Position numbers and translations under genes: made by a program. This document shows, piece by piece, positions 54,301 to 64,000 of a DNA stretch of 64,000 nucleotides. The DNA is from Opitutales bacterium (GTDB lineage Bacteria > Verrucomicrobiota > Verrucomicrobiia > Opitutales > JABSRG01). The stretch is taken from positions 12,359 through 76,358 of the forward strand of contig JANQKZ010000044.1 in the NCBI GenBank assembly GCA_028280845.1, written 5' to 3'. Under the pieces are notes generated by a model. It saw nothing but the letters and a program-made list of their open reading frames with translations, did no database searches and had not been told where the DNA came from. The first letter of the stretch is position 1. Each line of letters opens with the position of its first letter.

Positions 54301-56061
54301 TCAGGAGCCGGGCTTCCAATCCACCATCTCGAGTTGAATGGTGCGATTACCATTCCATACATTCCAGCCGACCCGGACTGCCAAGTCGATCGGGGTATTT
54401 ACGGGAGGAAGCCGATCCGCCATCCTCCATGCCACCCCAGATAGGACAATCCCGTTACCTGCGGCTAATTGGAAGCGAAAGTGCACCCCTTTCATGATCT
54501 TTATTGAGGGCAGGAGTTCAGCTCCCCGTATTCCAAAGATGGGTTTCGGATTGCCCATGCCAAAGGGCCTCAACCGGTCGAGGTCGTCCATGAACTTCAC
54601 GGCAATTTGATTCGGCCGAATCCAAGCCGACATCTGAACCGTCCGCTCCGGAAGGCCCGAGGGGAATGCCTCCCCGATGGATTGAGCAAACCGGTCTCGC
54701 AATTCTCCAATGTGGGCGGGATCGATGCTGAGCCCAATCGCCATGGGATGGCCGCCCCACTTGGCCAGGAGAGACTTACAAGGTTCCAGCATCTCCACGA
54801 GGTTCACCCCGGCCACACTGCGTCCGGATCCTTTCGCTAAACCCGGCTCGGCTCCGGAGTCGGGCTCTGCTCGTCCAATCACCAGCACGGGCCGGTAGTA
54901 TTCCTGAACCAGCCGGCTCGCTACGATGCCAGCCACACCATGGTGCCAATCCGGGCCATACACCACCAGCCCAGCGGGTAGAGTTCCGCGCTCTCCATCC
55001 CCCAGTTGGGCTCTCGCCTCCTCGAAGACCTGGCGCTCAATTTCCTGCCGCTCGCTGTTTAACTCATTCAAAGCCTTGGCTGCTTCCTGGCATCCTCCGT
55101 AATGCTCATTCAAGAGCAGATTGATCGGTTCCCGTGCATCCGCCAGGCGACCGGAGGCATTGATCCGCGGCCCAATCCGAAAACCAATATCCGATGCCTC
55201 CAGTGTTTCACCCGGCTGGATCCCCGACGCTTCAAAAAGTGCATGAATTCCGGGTCGTCGGCTACGCTCAAGAGACCTGATCCCCTGCCTGGTAATAAGT
55301 CGATTCTCGCCGCGCAAGGGCACCAGATCGGCCACCGTACCCATCGCAGCGAGGTCCAGGTAATCGGCCACTCGGATATCGAGGGCCACCGGATCTTTTG
55401 TTTCACGCCGGGTTTTGACCAAGGCGTGGATCAACTTAAAGACTAATCCCGCAGTACATAAATGCAGCCATGTCCGTTCGGGTTTATCCTCAGTGTGAAA
55501 TACATGTGGATTGAGGAGAATGGCCTGCTCAGGCCGGTGGTCCGCTTTGGCCTGGTGGTGATCCACAATGACAACGGACACGCCCAACTCATTCAGGTAG
55601 TCGACTTCCCTTCGTGCGTTGGTTCCACAATCCAGGGCGATGAACAGGTCAGGCCTTCCGTAGGCTTCAATTGCACGATTGATGGCTGAGACGCTAAGCC
55701 CGTATCCTTCATCCAGTCTACGCGGAACCAGATATTGAGGATTAGCGCCAAAGCGCCTTAGCAAATGTACCAGAGATACCGTACTCGTTACCCCATCGAC
55801 GTCATAATCTCCAAAGATCAGAATCGACTCCGCCCTCTCCAGAGCCAGGACAACCCGATCCACGGCCGCTTTCATCCCCTCCATGACAAAGGGATCATCC
55901 AAGTGGGCCAGTTTGGGATCGAGAAAGAAACGGGCCTGTTCCTCATCGACATGCTGAGGGTCTACCTTTAACAGCAGCTCCGCCAAGGTATTGGACACCC
56001 CCAGTCCACGTGCCAGGCGCACAATCGCTTCGGCCGGAGGGGGTTCATAATTCCAATTCAT
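54301..56061 (-). CDS. recJ: Single-stranded-DNA-specific exonuclease RecJ
   Basis: DHH motifs (IFGDYDVDGVTS, ALDCGT, VIVDHHQ), the DHHA1 region (GGHPMAIG), and a C-terminal OB-like domain. Confidence 0.85.
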   Translation of the reverse strand: MNWNYEPPPAEAIVRLARGLGVSNTLAELLLKVDPQHVDEEQARFFLDPKLAHLDDPFVMEGMKAAVDRVVLALERAESILIFGDYDVDGVTSTVSLVHLLRRFGANPQYLVPRRLDEGYGLSVSAINRAIEAYGRPDLFIALDCGTNARREVDYLNELGVSVVIVDHHQAKADHRPEQAILLNPHVFHTEDKPERTWLHLCTAGLVFKLIHALVKTRRETKDPVALDIRVADYLDLAAMGTVADLVPLRGENRLITRQGIRSLERSRRPGIHALFEASGIQPGETLEASDIGFRIGPRINASGRLADAREPINLLLNEHYGGCQEAAKALNELNSERQEIERQVFEEARAQLGDGERGTLPAGLVVYGPDWHHGVAGIVASRLVQEYYRPVLVIGRAEPDSGAEPGLAKGSGRSVAGVNLVEMLEPCKSLLAKWGGHPMAIGLSIDPAHIGELRDRFAQSIGEAFPSGLPERTVQMSAWIRPNQIAVKFMDDLDRLRPFGMGNPKPIFGIRGAELLPSIKIMKGVHFRFQLAAGNGIVLSGVAWRMADRLPPVNTPIDLAVRVGWNVWNGNRTIQLEMVDWKPGS

Positions 56062-56069
56062 TTAACCGT

Positions 56070-56107
56070 AAAAAAAAGGGATCGCATAGTGTTCTACCAC
56101 CGATCCC
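56070..56107 (-). terminator. Rho-independent terminator after secDF
   Basis: On the minus strand, GGGATCG-(16 nt)-CGATCCC followed by T8. Confidence 0.7.
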
Positions 56108-56129
56108 TAAAAATAGAAAACCAAACGGA

Positions 56130-58706
56130 TTATGCCTCCCCGCGGGCTTCTCGCGTCGACACTTCCCAATCCCGTTTCGGTACGATCTCGCGTTCCTCGA
56201 CGTGACGACGATCTCCCTTGTGCCACCAGTAGAAAATCGGGCTGGCGATAAAAACCGAGCTGAATGTCCCTGTCAGTATGCCAACGATAAAGACAAAGGC
56301 AAAGTCGTTGATGACCCCAGCGCCAAAGATATATAGAGCGAACGATGCCAGTAAGGTAGTAATACTTGTCAGGATAGAGCGGGAAAGTACCCGGTTAATC
56401 GACAGATTGATCACCTTATAGAGCTTCATTTCAGGATTCAGTTGAAGCTCTTCCCGAATGCGATCAAAGACGACAATCGTGTCGTTGATGGAATACCCCA
56501 CAATCATCAGGATCGCCGCCAACATCGGGGCAGTGAACTGACCACTGCTCAGAAAGCCCCCAAACAGCACAAAGATCCCAATGGTCATAAGAACGTCGTG
56601 GATGGTAGCGACCACGGCGCCAATCCCGTAGCCCACCTCGAAACGAATAGCCACATAAAGCAAAATACCGACCAGCGCTGCCAGGACTGATAGGATCGCA
56701 TTCATCTGGATGTCTCCCGAAACGGAGGCTCCTATTTGGGAAACACCCTTGACGGTGATACCCGACTCAGCGAACTGCGCGCTCAATGCGTCGGCCATTG
56801 CCTGGCCCTGTCCGAACTCCGTTTGGATTTTCAAGATCTGCTCCCCCGTTCCGAGGTCGCGAGAATACAGGGAAATGACCTCCCCGAAATTGTTCTCGCG
56901 GGCAAAAGTCGAAATATCCTCTGAGGCTATGGCCGATTCATAGGAAAGCGTGACTTCGTCACCCCCGGTAAAATCGATCCCGAAAATCGAATCCCGGTTC
57001 GCAACTACGGAGACCACGCCAATCAACACAATCACCCAGGATGCGGCAAAAGCCACTTTGCGCTTACCCAGGAAGTCAAAGCCTTGAAAATTAAACCCGG
57101 GCATCCCCAGAAGCTTCTTCATCCCCAGGGCAACCATCAAATCCAGAATAAAACGGGTCACAATAAGCGCACAAAATACTGAGGCACAAATACCGATTGC
57201 CAGGGTGGTCCCGAATCCCTTTACCGGACCCGTTCCGAGGTTAATCAAAATAATCGCAGTGATTAAAGTCGTCACATTCGCATCCACAATTGTGGAAAAG
57301 GCCTTATCGAAGCCCCCTTGGACCGCTGCTTTGATACTCTTGCCAAGTTTCAGCTCCTCGCGCATCCGCTCGAAAATCAGGATATTGGCGTCGACACCCA
57401 TCCCCAGCGTGAGCACCAGGGCTGCCACTCCGGGTAAGGTGACCGTAGCATTCAAGCTGGCGAGGATACCGAGCACGATGATGATGTTTGCCAACCCGGC
57501 AAAAACTGCCACCACCCCGCCGGCAAAGTAGTAGACGACCATGAAGATGACAACCGCCATAGCCCCATACAGGGAGGCGTTGACCGAAGCCTCGCGGGCA
57601 TCTTCAGCCAGAGAGGGTCCAACCTCATACATCTCCGCAACCTCCAACGGAACATCCAGAGGGTTATTCAGCACGTTGGCCAAATCAATGGCATCCCGTT
57701 GATTGAATTCGCCACTAATCACCGCCCGGGAAGAAATCACTTCATTGACGGAAGGAGCGCTTTGAAGTTGTCCGTCCAGAACGATCGCCAGTTGGCCAGG
57801 CCCTCCAAACTGGCGGTTTTGCTCGGTCATCTGCCGTGTAATCCCCTCAAAGATGGAAGACCCCTCACCCGTAAATGAAAGCTGAACCTCAAATTGCCCG
57901 GAATCATTTTGCGCAGGATAAGAGCGTTCAATAATATCCCCCGTCGCCTCAGGCAGGCGTTTGATCAGGTAATAGGATTCGTAAATTTCGCCTGTTCGCC
58001 GATCCTCACGCTCCAACGCCAGGATCTCGAATCCACTGGGAATCTGGTCTGCTGGCATCTCCGGGGAAACAACCGGCGTCTGCCGGTTGACCAAGCGGAA
58101 CTCCAGGCGAGCTGGTTTCGAAATGGTATCAATGATTTCCGGGTTGTCCCTGGTGGAGAGTCCGGGCATCTGAACTTCCACCCGGCCCTCACCGGCAGAA
58201 CGAATGATGGGCTCAGCCACCCCGGACCCGTCTAGACGTTGACGTAAGATGGAGATAACCTTGGTCAGCTGCTCCTCTTGTTCGAAGGAGGGAAGTTCCC
58301 TGAAGTTCGGGTCCGCAATGCTGAAAGTGACTGATATTCCCCCCATCAGGTCCAGGCCACGCTTAATGTTGCCCTTCGACCGCTTCAACACCTCGTTGAT
58401 CAGGATATCGTTTCGCTTAACCCGGTTTTTAACATCGATTACATTGATGTGTGGAAAAAATACCTGGTAATCCACATCTCCTTCACGACCCAATTGGCGA
58501 AACGCCATAAAGAGAGAGGGGGCCTCCCCGGAGTCGACCATGGTCTCCGCCTCGGCATAAAGATCATTAAAGGCATCCGTTTCTGCCGTTACTTCCTCCA
58601 ATATATAGCTATCAAAGGGCGTATCATCAGTGGGAATAATATTTAACAGGGCCCAAGCCAATACGGCTACGGTAAGCACCAACTTCCAAAGGATGTTTCC
58701 TGACAT
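56130..58706 (-). CDS. secDF: Protein translocase subunit SecDF (fused SecD-SecF)
   Basis: 858 aa. It has a large periplasmic P1 domain and then two 6-TM SecD/SecF modules (GMGVDANILIFERMREE..., GYSINDTIVVFDRIREE...). Confidence 0.9.
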   Translation of the reverse strand: MSGNILWKLVLTVAVLAWALLNIIPTDDTPFDSYILEEVTAETDAFNDLYAEAETMVDSGEAPSLFMAFRQLGREGDVDYQVFFPHINVIDVKNRVKRNDILINEVLKRSKGNIKRGLDLMGGISVTFSIADPNFRELPSFEQEEQLTKVISILRQRLDGSGVAEPIIRSAGEGRVEVQMPGLSTRDNPEIIDTISKPARLEFRLVNRQTPVVSPEMPADQIPSGFEILALEREDRRTGEIYESYYLIKRLPEATGDIIERSYPAQNDSGQFEVQLSFTGEGSSIFEGITRQMTEQNRQFGGPGQLAIVLDGQLQSAPSVNEVISSRAVISGEFNQRDAIDLANVLNNPLDVPLEVAEMYEVGPSLAEDAREASVNASLYGAMAVVIFMVVYYFAGGVVAVFAGLANIIIVLGILASLNATVTLPGVAALVLTLGMGVDANILIFERMREELKLGKSIKAAVQGGFDKAFSTIVDANVTTLITAIILINLGTGPVKGFGTTLAIGICASVFCALIVTRFILDLMVALGMKKLLGMPGFNFQGFDFLGKRKVAFAASWVIVLIGVVSVVANRDSIFGIDFTGGDEVTLSYESAIASEDISTFARENNFGEVISLYSRDLGTGEQILKIQTEFGQGQAMADALSAQFAESGITVKGVSQIGASVSGDIQMNAILSVLAALVGILLYVAIRFEVGYGIGAVVATIHDVLMTIGIFVLFGGFLSSGQFTAPMLAAILMIVGYSINDTIVVFDRIREELQLNPEMKLYKVINLSINRVLSRSILTSITTLLASFALYIFGAGVINDFAFVFIVGILTGTFSSVFIASPIFYWWHKGDRRHVEEREIVPKRDWEVSTREARGEA

Positions 58707-58751
58707 GGTTTTGTTCTACAATTACCGGGGTTCTTGATCACCGGGGAGAGT

Positions 58752-59093
58752 TTAGGACGCCGATCCCCCGCTGACTTTAGTAGAAATGAAATTCCGATTT
58801 AATTCTACCTTGGTGTTATCCGCGATTTTAACCGTCACGCGGTCCTCTTTTACGCTGGTGACTTCACCGTAAATTCCTCCTGAGGTCATTACGGTATCCC
58901 CGCGCTGCAGGGCCTTGATCATGGCCTCGTGTGCTTTCTGCTTTTTCCGCTGAGGAGCGATCAGGAGAAACCACATCCCGGCAAAAAGCAGGATGAAGGG
59001 CAGCATCTGCATAAGCCCATTTGCCGCGCTGGGAGGGGCCGGAGGCTGGGATGCCTGGGCCAGGAAAATTAGAATATCGGGAAGGACTACCAT
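58752..59093 (-). CDS. yajC: Preprotein translocase subunit YajC
   Basis: Sequence LPFILLFAGMWFLLIAPQRKKQKAHEAMIKALQRGDTVMTSGGIYGEV. It lies upstream of secDF. The start is uncertain, at either 59093 or the internal MQML. Confidence 0.85.
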   Translation of the reverse strand: MVVLPDILIFLAQASQPPAPPSAANGLMQMLPFILLFAGMWFLLIAPQRKKQKAHEAMIKALQRGDTVMTSGGIYGEVTSVKEDRVTVKIADNTKVELNRNFISTKVSGGSAS

Positions 59094-59285
59094 GTTGTGA
59101 AAAGATGGAAAACGGGCTAGCCAAGAGAGGTTTCCCTCAAATGGCAAGGCGAATTAAGAGTTTCACCTCAGAGGGAAACGTTTCGCTTTCCAGGGTTCCC
59201 CCCGCGCGCGATTTTCATCCGGAGAAACAACCCGTTTTTCAAGCCTTTGCCGGTTTTGCAGCCGGACCGGGTTACGAATTCGGAC

Positions 59286-59666
59286 CTAAACCAGTTCGCC
59301 GTATTGCCCGGCATCCAACAGGTCTGCATTCGAACCACTTTCCGGCAGCTTTACCTTCAAAATCCATCCCTCCCCGTAAGGGTCCTGGTTTACGGCCTCG
59401 GGGGCCTCATCCAGGGCCGCATTGACCTCGAGAACTTCTGCATCCATTGGCATAAACAGGTCGGAGGCCGCTTTGACCGACTCCACCACACCAAAGGTGT
59501 CGCCTGCCTGGTAGGCTGACCCGGGAGAGGGTAACTCTACATAGGTAATATCTCCCAGGCTTTGTTGAGCGTAATCGGTAATACCTACCGTCCCAGTTCC
59601 ATCGCCATTATCGCGGATCCACTCGTGATCTTTTGTATATTTCAGGTCAGCAGGAATATTCGACAT
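59286..59666 (-). CDS. gcvH: Glycine cleavage system H protein
   Basis: 126 aa with the lipoyl-lysine context GVVESVKAASDLFMP. Confidence 0.9.
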   Translation of the reverse strand: MSNIPADLKYTKDHEWIRDNGDGTGTVGITDYAQQSLGDITYVELPSPGSAYQAGDTFGVVESVKAASDLFMPMDAEVLEVNAALDEAPEAVNQDPYGEGWILKVKLPESGSNADLLDAGQYGELV

Positions 59667-59706
59667 AATCTCAATGAATCCAAATCCCGGGCAAAAACAA
59701 GGTCAA

Positions 59707-60795
59707 TTAAAGGTGGAGCGGCGGCTTTTTAATCTGAAGCGGCAACCGATTCCCTCGCAGATCCAGGGTAAGATCACCAGACTCCAGAGCCCCCGCCTGA
59801 ATCAAAGCAGACCCGATCGGTTTTCCAATCACGGGTGAATGTGTTCCGGACAGCACCCGACCCACGACCTGGTCCTGACTCATGACCTCGCTTCCCTGAC
59901 GGCCGATCCGGCGCCCCTCCAGGGAAAAATATACGACTTTCTCCGGAATTCCCTCGGTTTTCTCCTCCTGGAGCGGAGCCTTCCCAAGAAAATCCACCGC
60001 TTTCTTAAACTTAACGGTCCACCCGATGCCCCCGCGCAGCGGATTGATACGTTCCGAAATCTCATGCCCATAAAGGGGATACCCGGCTTCTAATCGTAGA
60101 CTGTCTCTCGCGCCAAGTCCGGCCAGCTTAAGACCAACCGGTGCACCCGCCGTTAAGATGGCCTGCGCCAGGACCGGCCCATCATTCCAATGACAGAAGA
60201 TTTCCACCCCGGCCTCCCCCGTGTAACCGGTCCGCGCCACACGTACCCTTATTCCCTGGATCTTGGATTCCAGGGTGAAAAAGCGGCCCAGATCCCCTCC
60301 CCCCTCAACTTTCAGGAGATCGAGAATGGCTTCAGCCTTTGGCCCCTGCAACGCCAACAGGGCATAGTCGGACGACACATTCTTCAGCTCACAATCAAAG
60401 GGCTCCGCGACTTCCTCCATCCAACGGTAGTCTTTTTCTATATTGCTTGCATTAATGACGAGCAGGTAGGCCGTCTCCCCGACACGATAAATGATCAAGT
60501 CATCAACGACTCCTCCATCCCCATAGCACATGGGGGTGTACAAACCCTGGCTCAGGGAAAGCTTGGAAACATCATTCGTCACCAGGGTATCCAGGAATCG
60601 CTGGGCTCCAGGACCTTCAACCGTCACCTCGCCCATATGACTTACATCAAACAGACCGGCGGCCTGCCGCACCGCCAGGTGCTCCTCAATGATTCCGGTA
60701 TACTGGACAGGCATATCCCATCCTCCAAACGGCACAAAGCGGGCTCCATGTTCGGCATGAAACGCGTGGAGAGAAGTTTCTTGAAGATCAGACAT
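59707..60795 (-). CDS. gcvT: Glycine cleavage system aminomethyltransferase T
   Basis: Sequence blocks [39 protein letters not shown] and [17 protein letters not shown]. Confidence 0.9.
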   Translation of the reverse strand: MSDLQETSLHAFHAEHGARFVPFGGWDMPVQYTGIIEEHLAVRQAAGLFDVSHMGEVTVEGPGAQRFLDTLVTNDVSKLSLSQGLYTPMCYGDGGVVDDLIIYRVGETAYLLVINASNIEKDYRWMEEVAEPFDCELKNVSSDYALLALQGPKAEAILDLLKVEGGGDLGRFFTLESKIQGIRVRVARTGYTGEAGVEIFCHWNDGPVLAQAILTAGAPVGLKLAGLGARDSLRLEAGYPLYGHEISERINPLRGGIGWTVKFKKAVDFLGKAPLQEEKTEGIPEKVVYFSLEGRRIGRQGSEVMSQDQVVGRVLSGTHSPVIGKPIGSALIQAGALESGDLTLDLRGNRLPLQIKKPPLHL

Positions 60796-60982
60796 CAGAC
60801 TAAAGGCAAGGGGATGAACTTATCTATCCTTTCGAGTTAATGAGGTGTCAACCTCCTGGTCAATGGCAGCGGAGAAGCTGGTCTCCCTACCACCCCCCCA
60901 AAAAAGCTTCCAGAGGAGGTTGCAGAATCCAAGGCTCAGAACAGGCCCTTTCGTTACACGGGCCCCGCACCTTAGATTGAAA

Positions 60983-61984
60983 TCATGCCCCATTCCTGAT
61001 CACAATCTTCCCGAATTGGTCACTCTGATGCAGCCTGGCTAACCCGCGATTGGCTTCCAACAAAGGGATAGTTTCATCGATGAGCGGTCGAATTTGGTGC
61101 AAGGACACAAAATCCATCATCGCTTTAAAGTCCCGCGGCGAACCCATCGTCGAGCCAACTAGGCTGAGTTGCTTCCAGAACACTTTGAATAAATCTAATT
61201 GGGGAGGAGCCCCTGCAGTTGAACCAAAATTCACCATTCGCCCGCCGGGAGCAAGAAGCTGGATGAGATCCGAATAGCCCGAACCTCCGGCGCTATCCAG
61301 GATTAACGAGGGGGCTCCCATCTGCTCCTTTGCAGCATTTATCCATTCACTATCCAGATAATTGAAACCGCCCCTGGCACCCGCCTGCTCAGCTCTGGCC
61401 AACTTGCCCCCGGATGAGCTGGTGACCCAGACTTCTGCCCCATGTGCCAAAGCCATTTGCATCCCGAGCAAGGCGACCCCCCCACCCACTCCTGTAATCA
61501 GAACCGTATGCCCGGGCATTAACTCCCCCTTCACAAACAGAGCTCGGTAGGCCGTCGTCCCGCCCACCGGAAGACAAGCGGTCTCCTCCATGGTGAGGTA
61601 CTCAGGTTTCGGGTACAACTGAATGGCGTCCACCAATACTTTTTCGGCCAGGGTTCCATCCCTGGGCATTCCCAGAACTTGAAAATCCCTCCCCTGAGCG
61701 GCTTCCGATGCCCCCCAACCAATCCCGGCATCCACAATCACAGGCTGACCAATCCAGGCGGGGTCCACCCCCTCGCCGACGGTCTCGACCACACCAGATC
61801 CATCCGACCCGAGAACCGCAGGTAAACTTATCCCCGGATACAGCCCTTGGGTGATCCAGTAATCCCTCCGATTTAACGAGGCGGCCTCCAAACGAACCAC
61901 TGCCTGACCCTCATCCGGGACAGGATCTGGCCAATTCTCCTGAGTTAGTGGTGCTTTTAATGATCGCAGAACTTGTGCTAACAT
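60983..61984 (-). CDS. Medium-chain (zinc-type) alcohol dehydrogenase / quinone oxidoreductase family protein
   Basis: A GroES-like N-terminus (AVLGSDGSGVVETVGEGV) and the Rossmann motif VLITGVGGGVALLGMQMA. Confidence 0.75.
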   Translation of the reverse strand: MLAQVLRSLKAPLTQENWPDPVPDEGQAVVRLEAASLNRRDYWITQGLYPGISLPAVLGSDGSGVVETVGEGVDPAWIGQPVIVDAGIGWGASEAAQGRDFQVLGMPRDGTLAEKVLVDAIQLYPKPEYLTMEETACLPVGGTTAYRALFVKGELMPGHTVLITGVGGGVALLGMQMALAHGAEVWVTSSSGGKLARAEQAGARGGFNYLDSEWINAAKEQMGAPSLILDSAGGSGYSDLIQLLAPGGRMVNFGSTAGAPPQLDLFKVFWKQLSLVGSTMGSPRDFKAMMDFVSLHQIRPLIDETIPLLEANRGLARLHQSDQFGKIVIRNGA

Positions 61985-62147
61985 GCCCTAAGCCTAGGCC
62001 AAGCCGATTCCCGGGGCCAGATTTCCTTTCCATAATAAGTACCCTCACTCTCAATCCCTAAACGCACTCTGCCAGAAGCCTGGGTGAGGGGGGGGTGCTC
62101 GATCATCCACTATCGACTATCCCATATCCACCCACCATGCTGTCCTC

Positions 62148-63104
62148 ATGCGTTTGTTTCTCATCTCAGTCATCTTCGGCATAATAGGCACTACGGGCAT
62201 GGCGACGGCCCAAGCGCTACGTATCGAACACAATGAAAATCGGGGCTTCATCGAGGTCTTCAATGGATCCAATCCGGTACTCCGCTACCATATCCGCCCA
62301 TTACCCACGCCAGGTGATGTGGATTCCCTCTATACCGCAAGTGGCTTCATTCATCCTCTCTACAGCCCATCTGGCAAGATACTGACTGACGCCTACCCCG
62401 CTGGCCACTCTCATCAACATGCCCTCTTTAATGCCTGGACCCGGACCCAGTTCAAAAATTCCAGAGTGGATTTCTGGAATGCCCATAGGGGAGAAGGATT
62501 TACGGAGCATTACCAATTTCTTGGATTTATGGAAGATGGTCCCAAACAGGGCTTCAAGATCCGCCGAAGACAAGTCAGCCGGGAACACGGCCCAGCCCTC
62601 ATCGAAACCTGGGACGTATGGATCGATCCTCAAACGGATCCGTTTATCATCGATTTTATAATCACGCAGAAACTCGCCACCGGGGTCGCCCTTGAAGTTG
62701 AGGAATATCATTATGGTGGATTCGCCGTCCGCGGCTCCGCCCGATGGAATCCAGATGACGACAACCAATACCGGACTCCCTTCCAAATCCTGTCCCCGGA
62801 AACCGACGATCGGGAAGCCGCCAACCATACCCGCCCCCGCTGGTTCTGTATCTACGGAAATCTGGAAGGTGCAACGGCCGGCTTAGCCGTGCTCGATCAC
62901 CATGAGAACTTTCGCTTCCCCCAGCCCATTCGGATTCACCCCAGGATGCCCTACTTTGTAATGACCCCACCGGTATTGGGAGCATTTACGCTAGAGCCCG
63001 GCTTCCAACTGGTTTCCCGATACCGGGTTGTATTGTTCGATGGCGAACCCCAAGCCCCACAAGTAGAGCAGTGGTTTCAAGACTTTAATACTGCGCAGGA
63101 ATAG
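62148..63104 (+). CDS. Secreted PmoA-like/DUF6807-type protein
   Basis: Signal peptide, a His-rich block AGHSHQHALFNAW...VDFWN, and placement next to a Gfo/Idh/MocA oxidoreductase, as is usual for this family. The assignment is from memory. Confidence 0.45.
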   Translation: MRLFLISVIFGIIGTTGMATAQALRIEHNENRGFIEVFNGSNPVLRYHIRPLPTPGDVDSLYTASGFIHPLYSPSGKILTDAYPAGHSHQHALFNAWTRTQFKNSRVDFWNAHRGEGFTEHYQFLGFMEDGPKQGFKIRRRQVSREHGPALIETWDVWIDPQTDPFIIDFIITQKLATGVALEVEEYHYGGFAVRGSARWNPDDDNQYRTPFQILSPETDDREAANHTRPRWFCIYGNLEGATAGLAVLDHHENFRFPQPIRIHPRMPYFVMTPPVLGAFTLEPGFQLVSRYRVVLFDGEPQAPQVEQWFQDFNTAQE

Positions 63105-63211
63105 CACATCGAGCCCGACCTCGGTCGCAGCTGAATCTAATCTTCGCTCTACAAATCGGTTCTTAAGATCAAACCCGGCAGAGCCCCGACCGCTTGACCC
63201 ACCAGTGTGTC

Positions 63212-64000
63212 TTAGGAAATTTTAGGCAGCGAATACGGTTTCCGGAACGTAGGGGTGGCAATTGATTCCAGCAATGCCATCTGACTCCGATCATCGGCGC
63301 TCGGTTTTCCGTGCTTATCCAGATCCAGCCAGGTGCCGAGGGTAAGTGGATTCCCATCCATCCCAAGATCAATCCCGTTAGCTTCGAGATTTCCTATAAG
63401 AGACGCGAGCGCCTCCTGCCCATGGGCAAAATCACCAATCGATTCCTGCACCTCAGCAACTGATGCAGCGTGTCCGATCCGATACGATAAGTTCGAAAGG
63501 GTACACAGATCTCCGGAGAGGACGCCTCCCTTCACATCGGCCTTCAACAGACTACGGTCCCGCTTCCGAATAGCATCCAGAAAGTTTTGCTGGTGGGTGC
63601 GACCGCCGTCTCCGGGATAGTCTTCAAGTCGATTGCCGTCCAAGTCAAAGAGCGACCCGCGGCCGCGACCGCCCATGAAGTATCCATGCTCACACTGGAT
63701 GACATTGGTCATCCGGCGCCCGAGGAGATTGGCGGGGTAATCCACACCGGCTTTCATCGGAAGGTTACGGACTTCGATCATCACCGGGACCTCGTCATAA
63801 TCGAGCAGGGCCAGATGCATATTGGGGGTCTCCCCGTCGTCATTCCAGGCATAACGCCCACCCAGGCTCATGACCCGCCTGGGGTATGTGTCGATGCCCA
63901 AAGCGTAAATGCAATCATCCATCTGGTGCACGCCTGAGTTCCCAAGCTCACCATCCCCGCACTTCCATTGCCAGTGCCAATCATAATGTAACTGGACACG
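63212..64000 (-). CDS. Gfo/Idh/MocA-family oxidoreductase, C-terminal part (5' end lies outside the window)
   Basis: The frame stays open upstream of the GTG at 63931 to the window edge (...WHWQWKCGDGELGNSGVHQMD...), which resembles the C-terminal alpha/beta dimerisation domain of the family. Confidence 0.55.
   Translation of the reverse strand, partial: RVQLHYDWHWQWKCGDGELGNSGVHQMDDCIYALGIDTYPRRVMSLGGRYAWNDDGETPNMHLALLDYDEVPVMIEVRNLPMKAGVDYPANLLGRRMTNVIQCEHGYFMGGRGRGSLFDLDGNRLEDYPGDGGRTHQQNFLDAIRKRDRSLLKADVKGGVLSGDLCTLSNLSYRIGHAASVAEVQESIGDFAHGQEALASLIGNLEANGIDLGMDGNPLTLGTWLDLDKHGKPSADDRSQMALLESIATPTFRKPYSLPKIS

Noticed and set aside
60796-60982. A possible glycine riboswitch in the 187-nt leader upstream of gcvT.
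   Set aside because: I reverse-complemented the leader by hand. The conserved glycine-aptamer cores (GGAGAG...ACCGAAGGGGCAA...CTCTGG...) are not present; only a weak CTCTGGAAGC and GGGAGACC resemblance is seen. An Infernal scan with RF00504 would settle it.
1-64000. CRISPR arrays, rRNA genes, and large inverted or tandem repeats.
   Set aside because: Reading through the intergenic regions showed no regularly spaced direct repeats and no rRNA-like sequence. The only repeats found are the tRNA-leader duplication and the duplicated promoter blocks, both reported above.

Overview
This 64-kb chromosomal window comes from a Gram-negative genome. Gene content suggests a PVC/Verrucomicrobiota-type organism, but that is inference only. 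Most of the window is dense, fairly high-GC coding sequence. From left to right it contains: (1) the 3' end of a TonB-dependent receptor and a 7-gene TonB2/Ttp-type energy-transduction cluster. (2) A sigma-54 locus with an NtrC-type response regulator, a histidine kinase, two paralogous small membrane proteins, and an adaptor / ABC ATPase / three tandem duplicated FtsX permeases / TolC operon, with sigma-54-like -24/-12 elements visible in front of the small genes and the operon. (3) An orphan ABC ATPase and a 1127-aa secreted kexin-like S8 protease with P-domain, cadherin-like and LamG-like parts. (4) Accessory genes: a glycine-zipper lipoprotein, a Tat-signal phosphotriesterase-family protein and a HAD hydrolase. 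(5) A visibly AT-rich ~3-kb islet carrying three tightly packed genes (two without recognisable domains plus a stand-alone ComEC-type metallo-beta-lactamase-fold hydrolase). The islet is bracketed by a degenerate direct duplication of the leader and 5' half of tRNA-Arg(CCT). (6) Housekeeping and envelope genes: rpsR, Sua5/TsaC, a Wzc/Wza/OMP polysaccharide export module, hisC, RNA methyltransferases, an OleC/OleD-like pair, a hybrid kinase, glyQS, recJ, secDF, yajC, gcvH and gcvT, and oxidoreductases. I saw no rRNA, CRISPR array, transposase or integrase. The best candidate for an undescribed system is the tRNA-linked low-GC three-gene cassette at 32040-34401. The second is the sigma-54 / small-protein / triple-permease efflux locus at 7.2-22.8 kb. 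All family assignments come from motif reading by eye, with no database search.
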